A stretch of DNA of 64,000 nucleotides, from the NCBI GenBank assembly GCA_948907985.1, contig CAQWMM010000005.1, forward strand, positions 5 through 64,004, given 5' to 3'. This DNA comes from an uncultured Bacillota bacterium (GTDB taxonomy: Bacteria > Bacillota > Dehalobacteriia > UBA4068 > UBA4997). Of this stretch, positions 57,966-64,000 are shown piece after piece. Position numbers and translations under genes: made by a program. Each line of letters opens with the position of its first letter. Within the stretch, counting starts at the first letter, position 1. The notes under the pieces were generated by a model, which worked only from the letters and a program-made list of their open reading frames with translations, was not told the origin of the DNA and ran no database searches.

Positions 57966-59330
57966 ATGGCGGCTGATAAATTTAATATGTATGGTCTGAT
58001 TGCCAAAAAGCGGGACGGCGGCCTTTTGCAGGCCGAAGAAATCCGCTTTTGGCTGCGCGGTATGCTGGACGGGTCTATTCCCGACTATCAAACGGCGGCC
58101 ATGCTGATGGCGATTTTTTGGCGCGGTTTGACTGAGGCGGAAACTTTCGCCCTGACCGAGGAGATTGTGGCTTCTGGCGAGCGGCTGGATTTAAGCGGTA
58201 TTGACGGGGTTTGTGCGGACAAACACTCTACCGGCGGGGTGGGGGATAAAACCACGCTGATTGCTATGCCGCTGGCGGCGGCCTGCGGGCTGAAGATTGC
58301 CAAGATGAGCGGCCGCAGTTTGGGCAAAACCGGCGGCACGGCGGATAAACTGGCCTCTGTGCCCGGTTTTAGGCTGGAACTGCCGGAGCCTGCGCTGTTG
58401 GCGCAGGTGGCAGAAATTGGCCTGGCGGTGGTGGCGCAGACCAAGAATTTGACGCCGGCGGATAAGCGTCTTTATGCTTTGCGGGATATGACGGCTACGG
58501 TGGATTCGCTGCCGCTGATTGCCGCCAGTGTGATGTCGAAAAAAATCGCGGCTGGCGCGGGAGTGATTGTGTTGGACGTGAAGTTTGGTTCGGGCGCTTT
58601 TATGCCGGACGCGGCCAGCGCGGCGGAACTGGCGCGGCTAATGGTTAAGCTGGGGCGCAGCGCCGGCCGGCGGGTGGAGGCGGTGATTTCTTCTATGGCG
58701 GCCCCTTTGGGCGCGGCGGTGGGCAATGCGCTGGAGGTGGCCGAGTGTGCCGATATTTTGCAGAATAAGCCGGATTTGGCGGTTTCGGCTGACTTGCAGC
58801 GGCTGGCGGTGGTTCTGGCCGGGGAAATGCTGTATTTAGGCGGTTTGGCGGAATGCCGGCGGGACGGCTGGCAGCAGGCCGAGGCGGCTTTGCAGGACGG
58901 CCGGGGCTGGCAAAAGCTGTTGGCATTTTTGCAGGCGCAGGGCGGAGATACCGAAAGTTTGCAGGCCGGCGAACTGGTACAGGCCAAACACGTTGTGCCG
59001 GTTTTGGCGGCTAAAAACGGCTATCTGTCGGCGGCGGACGCGGCGCAGGTGGCGGAGATTGTGCAGCGCCTGGGCGCAGGCCGCGAGCGCGTGGAGGATG
59101 AGATTGATTATCAGGTGGGCGTGCGGATGATAAAACCTGCCGGCGCTCAAGTTGTGGCCGGGGAACGCCTGGCCGAGGTTTACGCCAGCGATTTGGCGCA
59201 GGCCGAGGCGGCCAAAAAGGATTTGCAGCGGGTTTTGCAGGTTTTGCCGGAGCCGCCGCAGTTGGAGCCGCTAATTTGGGGACTGGTGGACGAACGGGGG
59301 AACGTTGTTCCCTGGGCGGAAGTTAAATAA
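57966..59330 (+). CDS. pdp: Pyrimidine-nucleoside (thymidine) phosphorylase
   Basis: MYGLIAKKRDGG...; DKHSTGGVGDKTTL glycosyltransferase family 3 motif; ATG 1 nt after the deoB stop. Confidence 0.92.
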   Translation: MAADKFNMYGLIAKKRDGGLLQAEEIRFWLRGMLDGSIPDYQTAAMLMAIFWRGLTEAETFALTEEIVASGERLDLSGIDGVCADKHSTGGVGDKTTLIAMPLAAACGLKIAKMSGRSLGKTGGTADKLASVPGFRLELPEPALLAQVAEIGLAVVAQTKNLTPADKRLYALRDMTATVDSLPLIAASVMSKKIAAGAGVIVLDVKFGSGAFMPDAASAAELARLMVKLGRSAGRRVEAVISSMAAPLGAAVGNALEVAECADILQNKPDLAVSADLQRLAVVLAGEMLYLGGLAECRRDGWQQAEAALQDGRGWQKLLAFLQAQGGDTESLQAGELVQAKHVVPVLAAKNGYLSAADAAQVAEIVQRLGAGRERVEDEIDYQVGVRMIKPAGAQVVAGERLAEVYASDLAQAEAAKKDLQRVLQVLPEPPQLEPLIWGLVDERGNVVPWAEVK

Positions 59331-59337
59331 AAATTAG

Positions 59338-59366
59338 TTGCCCTTTTTTTGTTTCTATGGTATAAT
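59338..59366 (+). promoter_or_regulatory. Promoter TTGCCC-17-(TGg)TATAAT with extended –10
   Basis: agTTGCCCtttttttgtttctaTGgTATAATaaaa. Confidence 0.55.
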
Positions 59367-59502
59367 AAAAATTGCACAAAGACTGAAAATTGAATTGGCG
59401 GTTAGCCCTCAGGAAGATAATTATACCCAAGTGATTGGTTTATAGTTGGCAGAATGAGGGATTGGGGCCCTCTCCACTTTGTAAGACGGGGAGGTGATGT
59501 TT

Positions 59503-59598
59503 ATGTTTTGGTTAAACATAGCGGCTTTAGTTATGCAAGCTGTTCAGCTTGGCATACAGGTTGCCGAGTTTATATTGAATCATGGCAAAAAAAAATAA
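59503..59598 (+). CDS. Small hydrophobic peptide (31 aa; 33 aa if the 59497 ATG is used), type-I-toxin-like / small membrane protein
   Basis: MFWLNIAALVMQAVQLGIQVAEFILNHGKKK. GGGGAGGTG SD 7 nt upstream. Own promoter and about 125-nt leader. T-run terminator follows. Below the ORF-track size cut-off. Confidence 0.5.
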   Translation: MFWLNIAALVMQAVQLGIQVAEFILNHGKKK

Positions 59599-59640
59599 CC
59601 GCCCTCCCAGCAAAAGGTTGCGGTTATTTTTAACCAAATT
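59599..59640 (+). terminator. Putative terminator after the small peptide gene
   Basis: aaccgc...gcggtt stem then atttttaa. Confidence 0.4.
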
Positions 59641-59795
59641 CCTAAGGGCTGACCCGATTTAAGGATCAGTTCTTTGTGCTTTTATTATACTAGAAAAGCT
59701 GAAAAAAGTCAAGATGAATTTTAAGAGTGGCCAAACGAATAGTTTTAAGCCTATCTGTTCTCACCCTCTCCGTCATATCTTCCCTAACGGTCAGA

Positions 59796-59888
59796 TATGC
59801 CACCTCCCCCTCTGGGGGAGGCAAGTTTTCCTGCTTATAAGATGAATATTTAAACCTGGCTCCCCCTTTGGGGGAGCTGTCAGCGGCG
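59796..59888. repeat. Two near-identical GC-rich palindromic hairpins (cCTCCCCC-tYt-GGGGGAGg) about 50 nt apart in an AT-rich spacer
   Basis: cacctccccctctgggggaggc (about 59800-59822) and ggctccccctttgggggagc (about 59858-59878). A third GGGGG run at about 59911. Confidence 0.6.
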
Positions 59889-59963
59889 ACTAATAGGGAG
59901 CCGATGACTGAGGGGGCTGGAAGAAGATAAAACAATGCATTTTGTCCAATCCTCAAAAAATAA

Positions 59964-60000
59964 CCCTCTACCTGCGGTTTTGCAGATAGAGGGCTTTTTT
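59964..60000. terminator. Bidirectional rho-independent terminator
   Basis: ccctctacctgcggttttgcagatagaggg flanked by a T-run on + and an A-run (a T-run on –). Confidence 0.7.
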
Positions 60001-60206
60001 CAACTTTCAACAAGTTCGACGTTTTCTAAAGCATAACGTAATGCCATACACATTACCTCGTTTCGAGAATAGCCGGTTCGGTTTGCCAGATCCTCATAAG
60101 AGTCTAGCAAGGCCTTTTCTATTCTTATGCTTGTATTGACAGGCTCGTATATACTTTTCCCTAATCGTTTAGGTTTAACAATAAATTTTTCTTCCATTGT
60201 CATCAC
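60000..60206 (-). CDS. Ribbon-helix-helix (CopG/Arc-like) DNA-binding protein
   Basis: 68 aa; KPKRLGKSIYEPVNTSIRIEKALLDSYEDLANRTGYSRNEVMCMALRYALENVE shows the beta-strand then two-helix RHH pattern. Confidence 0.65.
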   Translation of the reverse strand: MMTMEEKFIVKPKRLGKSIYEPVNTSIRIEKALLDSYEDLANRTGYSRNEVMCMALRYALENVELVES

Positions 60207-60338
60207 CTCGTTTGAATTATAAGCTAAATATAGTATATATTAAATATAAAACATAATATATACCAAAAACATATTGAAAACATATTGAAGATATACTGAA
60301 AGAGTGTTATAATTATAAAAAATTATGGAGATGATATT

Positions 60339-60812
60339 GTGGATGAAAAAAAAGAAAAACGAAAGATAACTGCCAAATTAGTTAATGATATGGATGATTT
60401 GATTAAAGATCCTCTGTTAAAAGATAAATTGACAGAAGAGGAACGGGCAATTTTAAAAAATATTGATAAGCAGGAAATATTTACGTTAGTTAAATTTTTT
60501 TCTCTCAAAGAAATTGCAAACATGCAAAAGATGAGAGATAATAAACAATATCAGAATGTGTTGGAACTTTTAGGCAAAATTGATTTTGCGGCGATAAGCA
60601 GACTGTGCAGAAGTTCAGAAATCAGTTCGATAATGCGCCAGGCCAATTTTAGTATAAAACTAAAGGCGATAGACGCGGAACTGGCTAAGGAGTTTGACGA
60701 AATTTTGCACGAACGTTTGGCTTATAATAAACTGCGCGGATTTGATAGTTTTGTTATGGCGCTGCGCACCGGCGTTAGGGCAATAATAAAGTTATATATT
60801 GAGGACTATTAA
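60339..60812 (+). CDS. Hypothetical 157-aa helical protein, no recognisable family, in AT-rich islet
   Basis: Lys/Glu-rich; codon usage and GC clearly different from neighbours. Divergent from the RHH gene, sharing a repeat-containing promoter region. Confidence 0.5.
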   Translation: MDEKKEKRKITAKLVNDMDDLIKDPLLKDKLTEEERAILKNIDKQEIFTLVKFFSLKEIANMQKMRDNKQYQNVLELLGKIDFAAISRLCRSSEISSIMRQANFSIKLKAIDAELAKEFDEILHERLAYNKLRGFDSFVMALRTGVRAIIKLYIEDY

Positions 60813-60918
60813 ACTTATTTGCAAAATTTGTATAAATTTAGTGATTGATTTTTCTGCCGAAATTTGTTATAATAAAAAACAGAATAGTTGTAAAAAATTT
60901 GGCAGGAGGTTTGACAAA

Positions 60919-61665
60919 ATGCTTTTAGAAAATAAGGTGGCGGTGATTACCGGCGGCAGCCGCGGGATTGGTTTGGCAACGGCCAGGGCTTTTTTGGCCG
61001 AGGGCGCGGTTGTTGTGCTTTGCGCCAGCCGGCAAACTACCGCTGACCAGGCTGTGGAAAGCCTGCAAGCTGCGTATCCCGACGGAAAGGTGGAGGGCAT
61101 TTGCCCCAAGCTGGCCGATTATGATGCTGTTAAACAGGCTTTTAGCCGGATTTCGGAAAAATATGGCCGGATAGATATTTTGGTGAACAATGCTGGAATG
61201 TCTGACAGTACGCATTTTGTCGAATACAGTGAGGAAACCTTTGATAAAGTGTTGGATTTGAACATTAAGGCGGTTTATAACTGCACGCGCGCCGCGGTTG
61301 ATTATATGGTGGCGCAGGGCGCGGGCGTTATTTTGAACACCTCTTCGATGGTCAGCATTTATGGCCAGCCCAGCGGCGTTGCTTATCCAACGTCTAAATT
61401 TGCGGTTAATGGCTTTACGGTATCTTTGGCCAGAGAGTTGGGGCCGAAAGGTATCCGGGTGAACGCCGTGGCGCCGGGGATTATCGAAACCGATATGATG
61501 CGCGCTGTACCGCTGGAGGTTATCGAGCCGATGATCGCCCAAATTCCGCTGCGCCGTTTGGGGCAGCCGGAAGATATTGCCAACGCCTTTGTTTTCCTGG
61601 CCTCGGATAAAGCTTCATACATAAACGGCGCGGTGCTGAACGTGGACGGTATGGCGCGCGTTTAA
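60919..61665 (+). CDS. SDR-family oxidoreductase, 3-oxoacyl-ACP reductase (FabG)-like
   Basis: VAVITGGSRGIGLATA Rossmann motif; NNAG; YPTSK catalytic motif. Confidence 0.85.
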   Translation: MLLENKVAVITGGSRGIGLATARAFLAEGAVVVLCASRQTTADQAVESLQAAYPDGKVEGICPKLADYDAVKQAFSRISEKYGRIDILVNNAGMSDSTHFVEYSEETFDKVLDLNIKAVYNCTRAAVDYMVAQGAGVILNTSSMVSIYGQPSGVAYPTSKFAVNGFTVSLARELGPKGIRVNAVAPGIIETDMMRAVPLEVIEPMIAQIPLRRLGQPEDIANAFVFLASDKASYINGAVLNVDGMARV

Positions 61666-61673
61666 AAATAAAA

Positions 61674-61703
61674 AACCTTGGGCAAATTGCGCCAAGGTTT
61701 TTC
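61674..61703. terminator. Bidirectional terminator shared by the SDR gene (+) and tRNA-Arg (–)
   Basis: aaaaaccttgggcaaattgcgccaaggttttt. Confidence 0.7.
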
Positions 61704-61708
61704 CGCAT

Positions 61709-61783
61709 TGGTACGCCTGATAGGAATCGAACCTACGCTTTCGGCTCCGGAGGCCGACGCTCTATCCACTGAGCTACAGGCGC
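61709..61783 (-). tRNA. tRNA-Arg (anticodon CCG), CCA encoded
   Basis: Reverse complement GCGCCTGTAGCTCAGTGGATAGAGCGTCGGCCTCCGGAGCCGAAAGCGTAGGTTCGATTCCTATCAGGCGTACCA. Cloverleaf with D-arm GCTC/GAGC, anticodon loop CUCCGGA, T-arm GTAGG-TTCGATT-CCTAT; G1-U72. Confidence 0.85.
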
Positions 61784-62153
61784 ACGATTAAATGCAACTT
61801 ATATTTTAATATATTTTGGGCTGGAAGTCAATGGTTTTTTGAAATAAATTTTTTTGCGGAATTTTTATGGATAAAATGAATAAAAATAATGCAGAATTAA
61901 TAAAATTTTTCGCAAAATTGTATTGCTAAAATTTGTGATTAATGTTATCATATAACTAGTGTAATATATAATTAAGAAATCTATGGGGCTTTGATTGTTG
62001 ATTTGGCTCAGAATTTGGCAGAGGTAGGAACAAGCAGGTTTTTAATCCATGCTTTTCTTATATAAATCCTAATCATTTTATTAAAACGCAGGGTTATGGT
62101 TATACTGTCCAAATAACCATGGTTCTGCCAAAAAAACTTGGAGGTGAAAAGAT

Positions 62154-62561
62154 ATGTTCAAGGTAGAAAGAATTGATCATCTGGGTGTGGCAGTTAATAA
62201 CATTGACGAGGCTATGGCTTTTTGGGGCGAGGCTTTGGGTTTGAAGCTGGACTTCAAGGAAACTGTAGAAGAACAGAAAACCACCACTGGCTTTATTCCG
62301 GTAGAGAACAGCTGGGTGGAATTGTTGGAATCCACCACTCCTGATGGCCCCGTTGCCAAGTTCTTGGAAAAGAACGGCGAGGGTATCCAGCATGTTGCGT
62401 TCAAGGTTGATAATATTGACCAGGCTTTGGCTGATTTGGACGCTGCAGGTGTTCGTCTGATCGACAAAACTGCTCGCAATGGCGCTGGCGGCGCAAGAAT
62501 CGCTTTCTTGCATCCGAAGGCAACACGCGGCATTTTGCTGGAACTTTGCGAACACAAATAA
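62154..62561 (+). CDS. mce: Methylmalonyl-CoA epimerase (VOC/glyoxalase-fold)
   Basis: 135 aa; IDHLGVAV...HVAF...GILLEL metal-binding pattern of MCE. Confidence 0.85.
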   Translation: MFKVERIDHLGVAVNNIDEAMAFWGEALGLKLDFKETVEEQKTTTGFIPVENSWVELLESTTPDGPVAKFLEKNGEGIQHVAFKVDNIDQALADLDAAGVRLIDKTARNGAGGARIAFLHPKATRGILLELCEHK

Positions 62562-62582
62562 GGATCTTTAGGAGGTAAAAGG

Positions 62583-64000
62583 ATGGCTACAGATAAGTTG
62601 GCTCAGTTGATCAAAAAACGTGAAGAAGTTATTTTGGGCGGCGGGCAAGAGAAGATTGACAAACATCATGCTAAGGGCAAATATACTGCCCGCGAAAGAA
62701 TTGATAAGATTCTGGATGATGGCAGCTTTGTAGAGTTGGATCAGTTCGTGGTACACCGCGGTACTGCTTTCGGCTTTGATAAAGTTAAAGCTCCGGGCGA
62801 AGGCGTTGTTACCGGCTACGGCACTGTTGACGGCCGTCTGGTTTATGTATTCTCCCAGGACTTTACGGTTCAGGGCGGCTCCCTGGGCGAGATGCACGCT
62901 GCTAAAATCTGCAAGGTTATGGAACTGGCTGTTAAAAACGGCGCTCCCTGCATCGGCATCAACGATTCCGGCGGCGCTCGTATTCAGGAAGCGGTTGACG
63001 CTCTGAACGGCTATGGCCGTATCTTCAAACTGAACACTTTGGCGTCCGGCGTTGTGCCGCAGTTGTCCATCATCATGGGCCCCTGCGCTGGCGGCGCTGT
63101 GTATTCCCCGGCTTTGACTGACTTTATCTTCATGGTGGATAAATGCCAGATGTTCATTACCGGTCCGGCTGTAATTCAGTCCGTAACTGGTGAGGTTGTT
63201 ACTGCGGAAGCCCTGGGCGGCGCCCGCACTCATAACACCAAGAGCGGCAACGCTCATTTCTATGCAGCAACTGAGGACGAATGTATTGAGCAGGTTAAAA
63301 CCTTGCTTTCCTTCCTGCCCAGCAACAATATGGAAGGCGCTCCTGTATTTGCTTGCGATGATCCGGTTGAACGCTGCGAGGAATCCTTGCTGAGCATTAT
63401 TCCGGATAACCCGAACAAACCCTACAACATGAAAGACGTTATCACCGCTATTGCTGATAATGGCTATCTGTTTGAGGTACATGAAAACTTCGCCAAGAAT
63501 ATCGTAACTGGTTTCATTCGTCTGAATGGCCGTTCCGTAGGCGTTATTGCTAACCAGCCCTGCGTTGGCGCTGGCTGCTTGGATATCGACTGCTCAGACA
63601 AAGCCTCTCGCTTTATTCGTCTGTGCGACGCATTTAATATCCCGATTCTTACCTGTGTTGACACCCCTGGCTATCTGCCTGGTGTTGCTCAGGAGCATGG
63701 CGGCATCATTCGTCATGGCGCTAAATTGTTGTACGCATACTCCGAGGCTACTGTTCCGCTGCTGGTTCTGATTACCCGCAAAGCATACGGCGGCGCTTAT
63801 CTGGCAATGTGCGGCAAATCCTTGGGCGCTGACGTGGCTATCGCCTGGCCGACTGCTCAAATCGCTGTTATGGGTGCTTCCGGCGCTGCTAACATCGTAT
63901 TTGCTAAGGATATCAAGAACTCCTCTAACCCCGAGAAAACCCGCGCTGAAAAGATTGCTGAATACGAAGAAGAATTCGCTAATCCTTATAAGGCTGCGGC
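62583..64000 (+). CDS. mmdA: Methylmalonyl-CoA decarboxylase alpha subunit / propionyl-CoA carboxyltransferase; 3' partial at window end
   Basis: Reading frame open from ATG 62583 to the window end. Carboxyltransferase N and C subdomains (GGARIQE..., ...GGAYLAM). Not in the ORF track because no stop is reached. Confidence 0.9.
   Translation, partial: MATDKLAQLIKKREEVILGGGQEKIDKHHAKGKYTARERIDKILDDGSFVELDQFVVHRGTAFGFDKVKAPGEGVVTGYGTVDGRLVYVFSQDFTVQGGSLGEMHAAKICKVMELAVKNGAPCIGINDSGGARIQEAVDALNGYGRIFKLNTLASGVVPQLSIIMGPCAGGAVYSPALTDFIFMVDKCQMFITGPAVIQSVTGEVVTAEALGGARTHNTKSGNAHFYAATEDECIEQVKTLLSFLPSNNMEGAPVFACDDPVERCEESLLSIIPDNPNKPYNMKDVITAIADNGYLFEVHENFAKNIVTGFIRLNGRSVGVIANQPCVGAGCLDIDCSDKASRFIRLCDAFNIPILTCVDTPGYLPGVAQEHGGIIRHGAKLLYAYSEATVPLLVLITRKAYGGAYLAMCGKSLGADVAIAWPTAQIAVMGASGAANIVFAKDIKNSSNPEKTRAEKIAEYEEEFANPYKAA

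Noticed and set aside
59690-60013. 107-aa – strand ORF across the hairpin-repeat spacer
   Set aside because: Starts inside the convergent RHH gene and bidirectional terminator. Its sequence is simply the translation of the GGGGGAG palindromes (PPPEGE, SPKGGA). No RBS.
59338-61800. Search for integrase/transposase/IS ends flanking the AT-rich islet and tRNA-Arg
   Set aside because: No recombinase-like ORF and no terminal inverted repeats were found in the window. Mobility of the islet therefore remains an inference from composition only.

Overview
This 64 kb window is a chromosomal segment from a high-GC, endospore-forming Firmicute. spoIVB–spo0A together with methylmalonyl-CoA epimerase/decarboxylase and an Stn-like complex suggest a Sporomusaceae-type Negativicute (inference from gene content). 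Most of the window is conserved housekeeping synteny on the + strand: a trmD tail fused to a second SPOUT domain; a divergent LysM gene; ylbF, fur, pfp and a dipeptidase; yceD–rpmF on the – strand; plsX-acpP-rnc-radical SAM-smc-ftsY-mtnP-aroK; rny; carAB; dprA-topA-trmFO-hslVU; rpsB-tsf; spoIVB-spo0A; deoB-pdp; and mce-mmdA, which is cut by the window end. Accessory or unusual content: a yoeB/relB-dinJ-like toxin–antitoxin pair; a CarB protein fused in frame to a DapF-like domain; a NuoE/NuoF/NuoG+GltD three-gene cluster matching the Sporomusa-type Nfn (StnABC) transhydrogenase architecture, with ispA translationally coupled to it; a MurF with a polytopic N-terminal extension; a Ddl with a Gly/Lys-rich insertion; break of the usual tsf-pyrH-frr synteny by pnuC; a spo0A control region with three 0A boxes; an AT-rich roughly 1.5 kb islet (about 59.34–60.9 kb) holding a promoter-driven 31-aa hydrophobic peptide gene, paired GGGGGAG hairpins, an RHH regulator and an orphan 157-aa protein; and a tRNA-Arg(CCG). 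All long antisense ORFs in the track are high-GC artefacts.
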